A stretch of DNA of 64,000 nt from an uncultured candidate division Zixibacteria bacterium (GTDB lineage Bacteria > Zixibacteria > MSB-5A5 > GN15 > FEB-12), in the NCBI GenBank assembly GCA_963806185.1, contig CAWDXE010000001.1, positions 672,001 through 736,000 of the forward strand, in the 5' to 3' direction. A program made the translations under genes and the position numbers. Under the pieces are notes generated by a model, which ran no database searches, was not told where the DNA came from, and saw nothing but the letters and a program-made list of their open reading frames with translations. This document shows positions 29,123-38,713 of the stretch, one piece after another (position 1 is the first letter of the stretch; the number at the start of each line of letters is the position of its first letter).

Positions 29123-30385
29123 CTAGATCACCCGACGTAAGATCAGCGTCGTGTCAAATGTGGTGGTGCCTCGGATACCGGACATATGAATTGACTGGTT
29201 CTCCCGCGTAAACATGCGTTCCATCTCAATAAACGAGAGCGAGGAACTGCTTCGACCTGCAATCATCGTGATCAGATCACCTCTCCTGATACCAGCTGCA
29301 TGGCCGGGAGAATTCGGCAGCACATCCTCGACTTCCTTTAGTCCGTTTCGGAGCGTTCGAAGTACCAGTCCCGCCATGTTCATCTCAAACGGATCATTGA
29401 AATGGGAATTCGGTTTCAGGTACATTCTCGAGTGAATGTAGTCAAAGGTCACTTTAAATCGACGCTGGGCGTCGAGTCCAAAGAAACCATTCTGTCCAAT
29501 AATATCCTTTACCTCATTGAATCCATCGGTCGGGTGAAGGACTATGCAATTGCGCATGCTCAGCGTACCAAAACGAACTGCGTCAAGCCTGGACCACTTG
29601 CCATGGACAGCACCCTTGATCCCCTCTGAAAAATAGCTCGAGGGTGCGTCTTCCGGAGGTTGCAGGTCCAGACCATCGTAGGAGTGAAGGGAAAACGGAA
29701 CATCGGCCCCTGTATCGACCAGCAGTTTCACCTTTCCGACTGTCTTCCCCTTCTCTTCGATCGTCGCAGTCATAACTGGAATCCCCTGCGAAAAGGTGAT
29801 GTCAAGGGCATCTCCTGCACCCTGCCCGTCAAACTGATTACACCTGTATAAGTTAAGAACGGTCTTCTCGTGATCGATTTCTACCACACAGGAGTTTAGT
29901 ATCGTTCCCCCTATGATCCCGCTGGCGAGCCATTTGTTGTATCTCCGACAGTCACGCGCGACAAGTACTTGTTGATCGTCAAAAGACACACCCGGAAGTG
30001 CTATCGTCGCCCCTTGAGCAACATCCGCAACCGAGGATCCGTCACCGGCTCCGCCCAGCGGGGTATATCCAACGTACGTCAGTCCCAATGCGGCACCTAC
30101 CGCGGAATCAATGATCAATACACCGTTCAAGGGAAAGCCGGAATCAAAAGCTACCTTCACCTCGACCGAATCGTTGATCTTAATTGTGAGATACATGTTA
30201 TTATCAACGACCTCGAATGGAATGCTGAAGGCGTCGGTTCCATTCGCGAAATGAACCTGAGATGGCTGCAATGGACCGGAAGAGGATCCCGGACTGCTCG
30301 ATCGGCAGGCGAATAGCGCCAAGAGACTGCATGCGAAGAGCGGTGCTATGCTGCTGATCTTCCGGGAGGTACCCAGTGATTTCAT
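29123..30385 (-). CDS. Aspartyl protease family lipoprotein with a C-terminal PDZ domain
   Basis: Lipobox LFAC; FDSG and LVDTGA lobes; NSPGHAAGIRRGDLIT (PDZ). ATG at 30385 follows GGAG. Confidence 0.85.
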   Translation of the reverse strand: MKSLGTSRKISSIAPLFACSLLALFACRSSSPGSSSGPLQPSQVHFANGTDAFSIPFEVVDNNMYLTIKINDSVEVKVAFDSGFPLNGVLIIDSAVGAALGLTYVGYTPLGGAGDGSSVADVAQGATIALPGVSFDDQQVLVARDCRRYNKWLASGIIGGTILNSCVVEIDHEKTVLNLYRCNQFDGQGAGDALDITFSQGIPVMTATIEEKGKTVGKVKLLVDTGADVPFSLHSYDGLDLQPPEDAPSSYFSEGIKGAVHGKWSRLDAVRFGTLSMRNCIVLHPTDGFNEVKDIIGQNGFFGLDAQRRFKVTFDYIHSRMYLKPNSHFNDPFEMNMAGLVLRTLRNGLKEVEDVLPNSPGHAAGIRRGDLITMIAGRSSSSLSFIEMERMFTRENQSIHMSGIRGTTTFDTTLILRRVI

Positions 30386-30546
30386 CTCAACTCCTCCGTC
30401 AGGTTCCTGCACATGGAACGAGATATCTTCACTCTCACATACGCCTGTCATGGCCTAAGGTTTCGCTATTCGCTCATCTCCAAGGTGTAACGATGACCAT
30501 CAGGTCATGATCAAGACTATGTCAGGGACCCGCCGAATTGCTGCGC

Positions 30547-32145
30547 TCACTTCTCCAGCGGTGACCACTCGCCGATGTTCTCCACTACCACCTTGCACTT
30601 CCCCTGCGAGGTCCACCGTTCGTTGCCGTTGTATCCCCACTCCATATACTCGGAACCGCCTCCGCCGACAGTGGTGATCAGGCAGCTATTGGCCAGAAAC
30701 CCGAAAGATCCGGCCACATCCGCCGGCCATTTGCTGTCGCCCCGCGACGGATCGACGGGTATCCAGCCGTACCCGGGCAGAAAGACCTCGACCCACCGGT
30801 GAAAGACGTCGTCGTACGAGGCGTCGTCATTGCGTACCACGATCGCCCCGGCGTAACGGGCCGGCAGGCCGGCGGCACGACACATGGCGATATAGACAAA
30901 CGTGTATTCAGAGCAAGAGCCCGTCCCCCGTTTTAGCACGGCCGGCGCCACATTCCATCCGCCCACTCGTTCATAGGTGAGTTTGTCCACACAGTATTGT
31001 TGAATACGCCGCGCGATCCAGTACGGATTGGTCTCCTTCCCGACGGCCGCCTGCACGGCGTTACGAATAGTCGAGTCGCCGATAATGAACTTGGCGTCAT
31101 CGACAAGGTACTTATCGCGAATATCCTTTGGAATCTCTTCCAGCTTGCCGACCTTGGCCGGAAAAACGAAGAATCTCGTCTCGTACATCTTTGCAGAAAC
31201 GCTCATGCGTACATTGCTGAATTCGTCAGGCCCGAGATTCGCGAAACGGAAATGGGCTACCTTCTGCCCCCATTTGTCGGTGAGAATGTCAGTCGCCTGT
31301 GGTGCAAACTCAATTGTGCTTGTCAGCTCCTGACTCGCCGCGTTGCCCGGGATCGCCAGATAAACATCGAGCGTCTTCACCGTATCCGGACCGAAGTTGC
31401 GTACCTGATGTAGAAAATCAACCTTCTCGGCTTTCTCCTTTGTGCGCGCATACGCAACACCATCGTCGAGTTTGAGTTGATAGATGCGATCAGTTTGGTA
31501 ATCTACCGTCCAAAGGCTTTTGCCGTCCCATGCCATTCCACAGGCGTACGGACCCGGCGACGCAATGCTCAAGACAACATCTCCGCGGGCCGGCTCGACC
31601 ATCAAGAGCCGGTCGGCGAAGCGGTCGGCCACCCAGAGATAAGTCCCGTCAAACGAGAGGGCGTCCGAATGCGAGCTCGGAGATGGAATCGAGGATATCG
31701 TGGTACCGTCGTCCGTACTGATGAGATCGATCCTATCGTACCCGTCGCCGCAGATCCAGAGGTTTTTGCCGTCCCAGGCCAGTCCGCTTGGTTCGCTGAT
31801 TGGGCAGAGTATCGTCTTTTCCACTATCCGGCTGGCAGTGTTGATTGCGTACAAACGCATTTCCTCTGCATCGGCCACCCAAAGCAATCGGCCGTCAAAC
31901 GCCAGCCCTCGCGGGACATACCCAGGTGTGGGAATAGAATCTGTCACGGTTCCCGTCGCAGGGTCGACGGCGTAAATTTGATCGCTCCGTCGATCGACAC
32001 ACCACAACTGTTTGCCGTCAAACGCCAGCCCCTGCGGGCAACGATACGGCGACGCAATCGAGCGAACAGTATCGCCCGGCGTGGCCAAGATGCTCCCGGC
32101 CAGAATCTGAATAGTCAGAATAACGCAGATTAGTAAGCTCTTCAT
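30547..32145 (-). CDS. Secreted transglutaminase-like protein with an N-terminal beta-propeller
   Basis: Signal peptide; five GL(A/S)(F/W)DG..LW-type repeats; triad GSCSEY / HRW / VDP. Confidence 0.88.
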   Translation of the reverse strand: MKSLLICVILTIQILAGSILATPGDTVRSIASPYRCPQGLAFDGKQLWCVDRRSDQIYAVDPATGTVTDSIPTPGYVPRGLAFDGRLLWVADAEEMRLYAINTASRIVEKTILCPISEPSGLAWDGKNLWICGDGYDRIDLISTDDGTTISSIPSPSSHSDALSFDGTYLWVADRFADRLLMVEPARGDVVLSIASPGPYACGMAWDGKSLWTVDYQTDRIYQLKLDDGVAYARTKEKAEKVDFLHQVRNFGPDTVKTLDVYLAIPGNAASQELTSTIEFAPQATDILTDKWGQKVAHFRFANLGPDEFSNVRMSVSAKMYETRFFVFPAKVGKLEEIPKDIRDKYLVDDAKFIIGDSTIRNAVQAAVGKETNPYWIARRIQQYCVDKLTYERVGGWNVAPAVLKRGTGSCSEYTFVYIAMCRAAGLPARYAGAIVVRNDDASYDDVFHRWVEVFLPGYGWIPVDPSRGDSKWPADVAGSFGFLANSCLITTVGGGGSEYMEWGYNGNERWTSQGKCKVVVENIGEWSPLEK

Positions 32146-32205
32146 GAGATTCTCCTCTGAACAGGACGCCAAAACCGACGCCGATGGTCTGGTAATATTG
32201 AAAAT

Positions 32206-32233
32206 ATGATAGCGTTTGTGGCGATGCTGTCAA
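32206..32233 (-). promoter_or_regulatory. Sigma70-type promoter for the transglutaminase gene
   Basis: TTGACA-N16-TATCAT on the minus strand. Confidence 0.55.
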
Positions 32234-32347
32234 GAGAATCAAGACAAGTGAGTGGTGCTGTGTCTTCATGATCTTATCCTTAAGGTGAAATCGGTGAAGA
32301 ACAGTGTTCTTTCGGCCCGTGATGGCCCTGGCTGTACTGCCGCGACG

Positions 32348-32376
32348 TTGACTTTGTGCTTGCCAGCCTCTATAGT
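32348..32376 (+). promoter_or_regulatory. Sigma70-type promoter for the FISUMP gene
   Basis: TTGACT-N17-TATAGT. Confidence 0.65.
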
Positions 32377-32474
32377 GTTGCGAAATCTCGAATCACGAGC
32401 GTGACGCATCCGCCTTATGCGGCCGTAGATCATGAATCAATCGCAGCATCACAACACGTGTGAGGAATTCCTAT

Positions 32475-33467
32475 ATGCCGAGATATGCTATTCCGGTCAT
32501 CACTGCCATGGTCGCGTTTTGCACTTTGCTTCTTTTCGTCTCTTGTGCAGATGACAAATCGACCAATCCCGCCTCCGCGCCCGTGTTAGTCACCGTCGTT
32601 GCCAGCACAGTAACGCAGACTACAGCTCAGTGTGGAGGGAATATTACCTCTGACGGTGGATCAACTCCGACGGCGCGGGGTGTATGCTGGAGTACCGGCG
32701 CAACACCAACGGTGGCTGATAGCAAGACAACGGATGGCTCCGGAACGGGGAGTTTTGTCAGCTCGATTACCGGTTTGTCCGGTCGCACACCCTATTATTT
32801 CAGGGCTTATGCCACCAACAGTACCGGGACCGGCTACGGCAGCATTCTGTCGTTCACCACGACGGATTCGATGGGGTCAGTGACGGACATCGATGGAAAC
32901 ACGTACCGGACGGTAAAAATAGGCAGCCTATGGTGGATGGCTGAGAATCTCAAGGTTACCCACTATCGGAACGGCATTGCCATACCGAATGTCACCGACA
33001 GCGCGACCTGGGGAGATCTACTCTCCGGCGCCTACTGCGATCCGGCGAATGCCGCCACCAACGTAGCCGTGTACGGTCGATTGTATAATTTCTATGCGGT
33101 GAACGACAGCAGCATTCTCGCACCGGCCGGATGGCATGTGGCAAGTGACGCAGAGTGGCAAACGTTGGTTGATTATAACAGCGGGGATAGCGTGGCGGGC
33201 GGCAAACTGAAGGAAACTGGAACGACCCATTGGATTACCCCCAACGCCGGAGCTACCAACGAATGCGGCTTTTCCGGCTTGCCGGCCGGCTTCCGCTGGC
33301 CCACTGGCGGTTTCTACGGTTTGGGCGCCCATGGCAACTTCTGGACCGCGACTGGGGCCAGCGGCGTCACGGCATGGTATCGCTACATGCACTGCACGAA
33401 TACTGAAGTGGGTCATTTCAGTTCGTCGCTGCAGGCTGGTTTTGCTGTCCGCTGTGTCAGGGATTGA
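32475..33467 (+). CDS. Lipoprotein with an FN3-like domain and a Fibrobacter succinogenes major paralogous (FISUMP) domain
   Basis: Lipobox FVSC; YYFRAYATN; DIDGNTYRTVKIG..WWMAENL, YGRLYN, P.GWHV, GFAVRCVRD. Confidence 0.9.
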   Translation: MPRYAIPVITAMVAFCTLLLFVSCADDKSTNPASAPVLVTVVASTVTQTTAQCGGNITSDGGSTPTARGVCWSTGATPTVADSKTTDGSGTGSFVSSITGLSGRTPYYFRAYATNSTGTGYGSILSFTTTDSMGSVTDIDGNTYRTVKIGSLWWMAENLKVTHYRNGIAIPNVTDSATWGDLLSGAYCDPANAATNVAVYGRLYNFYAVNDSSILAPAGWHVASDAEWQTLVDYNSGDSVAGGKLKETGTTHWITPNAGATNECGFSGLPAGFRWPTGGFYGLGAHGNFWTATGASGVTAWYRYMHCTNTEVGHFSSSLQAGFAVRCVRD

Positions 33468-33625
33468 GCGGCCCACGGGCAATGGAGCCGTACGAGCTTT
33501 ACGGTGAATCAGTTGAAACCTGCCGAGGTTAGTTGGAGAAGATGCAGCTGACGTGCCCCCTGTGGAGAGTTTCCACATTTGTCCTCAGGGGCATCGTAGC
33601 AGCCACTTGTGATTGACGGCAGGAC

Positions 33626-33778
33626 CTAGAATTGCAACCAACGCTGGCCGACATACATCCCCAACCCGGTGCCGACCATACTGAGAATGAAGGCTGTCAT
33701 CAGCCCAAACCGGGCTCCTACCCACCAGCCGAGCCAGCTACCCAATATTGACGCTAGCGTAATGAGGAGCTTTCTCAT
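33626..33778 (-). CDS. Small 50-aa two-helix membrane protein (absent from the ORF track)
   Basis: Translated by hand: MRKLLITLASILGSWLGWWVGARFGLMTAFILSMVGTGLGMYVGQRWLQF*. Gly-zipper-like hydrophobic hairpin; AAGGAG immediately upstream. Confidence 0.7.
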   Translation of the reverse strand: MRKLLITLASILGSWLGWWVGARFGLMTAFILSMVGTGLGMYVGQRWLQF

Positions 33779-33836
33779 ACTCCTTGATTTCGGATGCGAT
33801 TGAGCAGAACTTTAGTAACCAATTGGCTGTGGGCAA

Positions 33837-34655
33837 CTACCTGGCGAACATGATTCCGATGCCGATTCTGCTCAGAGACCTTTTATAGTCTACCAGACTC
33901 TCCCCGTACCCGTGCGAAATCCTGATGATGAAGTAGCTCATTTCGCTTCTGGGAACCGGCAGACTATACGTCAGCACGACACCTCCCTTGCCGGTACTTA
34001 TGTTCCCTCGAAGAGTCAGATGCAGCGTGTGATTCGACTTGGATTTGTGCGACAAGTGAATATCGCTGTATCCGAGATAGTCAGTAATATCGGGGTTATC
34101 ATCACCTACCGCATCGTCAGGGGATGTTTTTTCGTCCTCAGGCAGTCGATACCTCAGTTTGACATACAACAGGAAGTTTGGCTGGTAGTAATATGGGCAT
34201 GCATACAACAAGTTCCAGCTTCGTGAAATAGGAGGCTTCTGCCCGTTTGATTCATGCTCAAATCCCAGATCCGCGCCAACCTCTCCGGCGTGGAAGGGAA
34301 ATCGCTTGGTGCGGTAAAACAGCTCCGGGTTGTAGTTGGTCTCCCGAAATGGCGCCGAATTATGGTGATCATATGCCTGCCAGAAAGAGATCTGACTATA
34401 GGCAAAATATATCGGCGTGTTGAATATCCGGTACTTGGCGCTCACCTGAAACACGGCCTCTGTTGTTGCGCGCTTGTATTCGTCAGAAATCGTGACGGGC
34501 AACATGAACGTTTCTTTGTGCATGGACAAACCGGGCCCCGTCCGTATCATCTGAAACCTCTCCGGCGCCTCCTGTGCCCGGGCAGATACGGCCAGGAACA
34601 CCATTAACACCAGATGTCCAGCACGAATGTATTTGCCTTCGGCCGTAGGTCTCAT
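33837..34655 (-). CDS. pldA: Outer membrane phospholipase A (PldA/OMPLA family)
   Basis: FQVSAK, YFAYSQISFWQ, PFRETNYNPE, catalytic HESNG, SRSWN, GYGESLVDY. Start codon uncertain. Confidence 0.85.
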   Translation of the reverse strand: MRPTAEGKYIRAGHLVLMVFLAVSARAQEAPERFQMIRTGPGLSMHKETFMLPVTISDEYKRATTEAVFQVSAKYRIFNTPIYFAYSQISFWQAYDHHNSAPFRETNYNPELFYRTKRFPFHAGEVGADLGFEHESNGQKPPISRSWNLLYACPYYYQPNFLLYVKLRYRLPEDEKTSPDDAVGDDNPDITDYLGYSDIHLSHKSKSNHTLHLTLRGNISTGKGGVVLTYSLPVPRSEMSYFIIRISHGYGESLVDYKRSLSRIGIGIMFAR

Positions 34656-34739
34656 CGAAGCAACCTCCAAAGCAGCACACTGGTTTGTGCCGTGTTTCAA
34701 CGCTTTAGGTGCCGTTGCGGCTTCACTCGGACCAGGGAA

Positions 34740-35399
34740 TCAGAACCGATAGCCAAGAGTGAACGCCAGGCACCTGTTCTTCATGTAGTCGTCGGTTATC
34801 ATGTGGTAGATATCTGCGGGATCCTCAGCCTCCAACAATCGGTTCCATTCCGCCGGATCATAAGCGTTGACCATACCAACTGTATATCTGATATCGAACA
34901 CCAGATGTCGGTAGTCAACCGCCCCGCCAATGGCGATGCCGACATCAAAACCCTTCATGGCATTTTTGGTATCGATGACATCTGATATCACAGACCCCCT
35001 GAAGTCCGCCGACATCAGGATACTCATCGCCGGACCCAGGTACACTGACGGTTTCAGCTTGCCGTTAACCGACAGACAATACTTCAAGACCACCGGGACT
35101 TCCAGATAGTTGTGCCTCCAGCGTCGCCCGCCCAGGATGCCACCGCCGGCCCCTTTCTCAACGTAGATCAACTCCGGCTGCAACGCCACTTCTGGTGTGA
35201 GATTGTAAGTCAGGAAGACACCAATAACTGGCCCCGCGTAACTGTCATATCCCTCAAACTCATCGATCGATGTGCTGAGGGTAGAAAACCCGAGCCCCAG
35301 TTTAATCCCCTTGCCGGAGATTCCCGGGATCTTTCCCTCCGCCTGAACGCTCAGACACAGCACGAGTAGGATCGACAACGCGGCAAGAAACGGTTTCAT
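34740..35399 (-). CDS. Outer membrane beta-barrel (porin/PorT-like) protein
   Basis: Signal peptide; GIKLG, LQPELIYVEKG, YLEVPVVLKY, DIRYTVG; terminal GYRF. Confidence 0.85.
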   Translation of the reverse strand: MKPFLAALSILLVLCLSVQAEGKIPGISGKGIKLGLGFSTLSTSIDEFEGYDSYAGPVIGVFLTYNLTPEVALQPELIYVEKGAGGGILGGRRWRHNYLEVPVVLKYCLSVNGKLKPSVYLGPAMSILMSADFRGSVISDVIDTKNAMKGFDVGIAIGGAVDYRHLVFDIRYTVGMVNAYDPAEWNRLLEAEDPADIYHMITDDYMKNRCLAFTLGYRF

Positions 35400-35939
35400 G
35401 ATCTGTCCTTTCCTATTTGTGTCCGGCCTCACACTCCGGATGTGTGGCCACCCTGAGCCGGAAATAGCTTTTATCCGGACGAATTCCCCGGCTTGGGTTA
35501 CGGTGATTCAATGAGAACATGCCAACGGGAGGTCCGAAAACATTCATACAATTTCGTACGTCCGCACAGAAGTGCCTCATCATAGTTGCAATCGAAAGAG
35601 TCGTCATGATGACACCCGGTGCCGACCTTTTCCCGAATTACCGTTAACAGAATTGCCAATGTCACCATAGTAATGTGGTCAACGAGCGCAATGCAATATT
35701 GAATACCGGCCGGGAGATGACGCCATCAGATTGGCGAAACGGAAAAGCCTATAGAATCAGTATGATATCTCTTGAGATGTGTTTTTGTCAGACTCAACTG
35801 TGGCGTGATGAGTCTTCGTACCCGGTATGATGTCAATTCGCTGGACGGAATCGTTGTCGTGGATTCACACGCCAGTATGGACTGAGAATTGGCCGGTGTT
35901 GGTGTTGCCTTCAACGGAGATGGAGTTGTGGACGGCAAT

Positions 35940-37562
35940 TCATGAAAGGGGGAAGCGAAATTCAAACGTGGTCCCGAATCCGATCCGACTCTCAATCGAT
36001 ACCCCGGCCCCGTGATTCTCAAGAATTCGGGCACAGGTCGTCAAGCCGTAACCATGTCCCTGCGGCTTGGTAGTGAGGTGGATCTTGAACAATTTCTCCC
36101 TCACCTCGGGAGTCATTCCCCTACCGTTGTCCGAAACCCGGAGAACCAGCTCACCTTTGTCCAGACACGTGGACACGATAATGATGCCGTCGCGACGACC
36201 GGTCTCGAGGATGGCGTCGGCCGCGTTATTGATGATATTGATAATCACCTGAGCAATCTGATCCCGGTCCACCTGCAGCTCGGGCAGCTGCGGAGTCAGA
36301 TTGGCATTCAGTTTTATGGCACTGAATCTCTTCTGGATAGCCGCGAACGATATCACATCGGTGACGATATCGTTCATTAACGCGGGCAGCTTCTGCGGAT
36401 TAATTCGAGCATAGTCCATCAGACCGGCTGTGAATCGCTCCATGCGGGTGACACTGTCGCGCAATTTGACAAGTGTTTCTTTGAGCTTGGGTTGATTCCC
36501 CCGGTCCAACGCGATCATCGCCAGTTCAACGCCCCCAAGAATCATCCCCAGATGGTTGTTCAGCTCGTGAGATATAGACGACGCCATGACACCTCGTTCG
36601 GCAAATTTCTCCAGCTCAAACATCCGGCGTTCGTTACTGATTTCTTCTGTCTTGTCGTCCAGCGTGATGATCATACCCTTTTCGGACGCCGAGAGCTCAA
36701 CACCGAGGCGCACGCTGACGCTGAACACTCGTTCTCCATCCGCACCCTTCGCAATCATCGCCGCAGGCAAACGGGCCGATTGATCCGTCTGAAGCTTGCG
36801 CAAGCGCTCAGCCCATCCGGCGTAGACGTCATCGGGAAATACGGTTTCAATGCTTCCACCGATTTCGAGGGAGTCTCCGGCTCTGCCCCTCGTTGACGCC
36901 GTCAGGTCATTGGCCGCCCGGTTGGCGGAAACCAGCGTGCCGCCGCTGTCGAACACGAGCATCGCCTGGCGGACACTGTCAAGAATTTGAATGTGGCGCG
37001 CACTCAATGCTGCCATCTCGGCGTAAATTACGGTGGTTGCGAGAAGCGGCGTGATGCTGGCGACGAAATGCTGAAGGAGTTGGAGATTCTCGTCAGAACA
37101 CTCCCGGTCTCCGACGCAGGGCCCCATCAGGATAGCGCCGATCGCCGAATCGTTCACGACCAGGGGCACAAATAACCGTACGCCCAGCGTTTTCCACTCC
37201 ATCAGAATCTCAGCGTCACCGTCATCCGGATTGAGCTCACTCAAATCAATCGGCCGGGGGGCGGCCATGGCCTCTGCAAATCTCAGCGCGGCGCGAAGGT
37301 GCCCTATACTGACCGACCACCCGCGAAATTTCCCTATTGCAGAGTGGGTGACCTTCCGAGTATCGAGATTGTTGTTTCGGGTCAAAATCACCGCACTGGT
37401 GACGGCGAACTGACCTGCCACCGACAGGGCGACCGAATCAATGAGTGTCTGCAGATCGGGGTTGTGAGCAAACTGGTCGGCGAGGCTGGACAGGGCCTCG
37501 AAGCCGAGCACTTTGCGCTCTTGCTCGTATGACCGGTCTGCGTACGTCGGCGTATTGCTCAT
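35940..37562 (-). CDS. Cytoplasmic sensor histidine kinase (GAF-like + PAS-like + HisKA + HATPase)
   Basis: H-box ISHELNN, N-box NIINNAADA, DNGRGM, TTKPQGHGYGL. No TM segment; no receiver gene nearby. Confidence 0.92.
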   Translation of the reverse strand: MSNTPTYADRSYEQERKVLGFEALSSLADQFAHNPDLQTLIDSVALSVAGQFAVTSAVILTRNNNLDTRKVTHSAIGKFRGWSVSIGHLRAALRFAEAMAAPRPIDLSELNPDDGDAEILMEWKTLGVRLFVPLVVNDSAIGAILMGPCVGDRECSDENLQLLQHFVASITPLLATTVIYAEMAALSARHIQILDSVRQAMLVFDSGGTLVSANRAANDLTASTRGRAGDSLEIGGSIETVFPDDVYAGWAERLRKLQTDQSARLPAAMIAKGADGERVFSVSVRLGVELSASEKGMIITLDDKTEEISNERRMFELEKFAERGVMASSISHELNNHLGMILGGVELAMIALDRGNQPKLKETLVKLRDSVTRMERFTAGLMDYARINPQKLPALMNDIVTDVISFAAIQKRFSAIKLNANLTPQLPELQVDRDQIAQVIINIINNAADAILETGRRDGIIIVSTCLDKGELVLRVSDNGRGMTPEVREKLFKIHLTTKPQGHGYGLTTCARILENHGAGVSIESRIGFGTTFEFRFPLS

Positions 37563-37590
37563 GGCTATTTTGCTCGTTACATGACGCCTG

Positions 37591-37944
37591 TCAACGCGTG
37601 ACACAGACGGCAAGAGCGGCCTCTCTGGTTTCCTTGATAGACAGGAAGTCGAGCAGGTCGAGCACCCCTAACACGTGACTGATCGTAGCGGACACGTTGC
37701 ACAACACGATGTCGCCGCCCACGTCGCGGAAGGATTCAATGGTGCCGAGAATTGCTCCAACGCCCGCAGAAGAGAGAAACTCGAGCCTTTCGCAGTCCAG
37801 GATGACAAAGCCACAACCTCGCTGCCGTGCGCCTACGATGGCTTGAACGACTGCCTCGGCGTTGTTGTTATCAAGCATAGTACCGAGAAGGATCGAGCTG
37901 ATGTGCTCCGTGATCGGCTGTTCGCAAAAATTAGTCACACTCAT
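37591..37944 (-). CDS. STAS-domain anti-sigma factor antagonist (RsbV/SpoIIAA-like)
   Basis: VILDCERLEFLSSAGVGAIL with the phospho-acceptor Ser motif; GGDIVLCNV. Confidence 0.9.
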   Translation of the reverse strand: MSVTNFCEQPITEHISSILLGTMLDNNNAEAVVQAIVGARQRGCGFVILDCERLEFLSSAGVGAILGTIESFRDVGGDIVLCNVSATISHVLGVLDLLDFLSIKETREAALAVCVTR

Positions 37945-37945
37945 A

Positions 37946-38713
37946 TTAGCAGCGCCATTTCTTAGTCACGGTGAGGACATTGCGTGACTCTCCGTCACGT
38001 TCATAAGCAACACTATCGGCAAGCTGGTGAATCATCGGCAGTCCAAAACCTCTCTTCTGTCGGCTGTGGGATGCCGCAGCGGCATCGAGACGGTGTAGCT
38101 TGGCAGTTGGGTCGAAGTACTCTCCGGCATCGACGAACGTGATGGTCAGGGCATCTCCGTCGGCAACTGCGCGGACCTGAAATCTATCCTGCCCTGTTAA
38201 GCCGGAATGTATGCGAATATTTGTGGCAATTTCATAGAACATCGTACGCAGTTCCAGAATAGTGGTGGCACTGGCGTGGATATCCGCGAGAAACGCCATG
38301 AAACGGGCCAAGGCAGCGTCAATGTCGTCAATAACAGCCGGGATGTCGTCGGCAAACGACTTCGATGCCTCAAGCCTTGGCTGGTCGTGCTCCACCTGCC
38401 GCCCGAGCCATGGGGCGGCACCCTCGTATTCGAAGGCGTCCTCCAAATCCAGCAGTTGAAGAATTCTAAGAAGAGCCTGAGGTGGATTGGATAGTCGCAG
38501 AGGGATGCCATGATCATGACAAAGAGTATGCGCGCTCCAAAGCATGTTAATATGACTTGAGACTACGCGCTCAAGTGAACGGCAGTCCATCCTGAGCAGA
38601 GTGGGGTTGCCGGCGATTGCCTCACGCACCACCTGGTCGAAGCCACTCAGGGTGCCCGGCGAAATATCGCATGGCAGCAGAATAGTGTGAATCTGATTAG
38701 CGAGCAGCGACAT
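37946..38713 (-). CDS. Degenerate STAS domain fused to an RsbW/SpoIIAB-like anti-sigma Ser kinase
   Basis: N-terminal STAS-like region (MDCRSLERVVSS...LRLSNP); kinase boxes EIATNIRIH, DAGEYFDP, RGFGLPMI, NVLTVTK. Confidence 0.85.
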   Translation of the reverse strand: MSLLANQIHTILLPCDISPGTLSGFDQVVREAIAGNPTLLRMDCRSLERVVSSHINMLWSAHTLCHDHGIPLRLSNPPQALLRILQLLDLEDAFEYEGAAPWLGRQVEHDQPRLEASKSFADDIPAVIDDIDAALARFMAFLADIHASATTILELRTMFYEIATNIRIHSGLTGQDRFQVRAVADGDALTITFVDAGEYFDPTAKLHRLDAAAASHSRQKRGFGLPMIHQLADSVAYERDGESRNVLTVTKKWRC

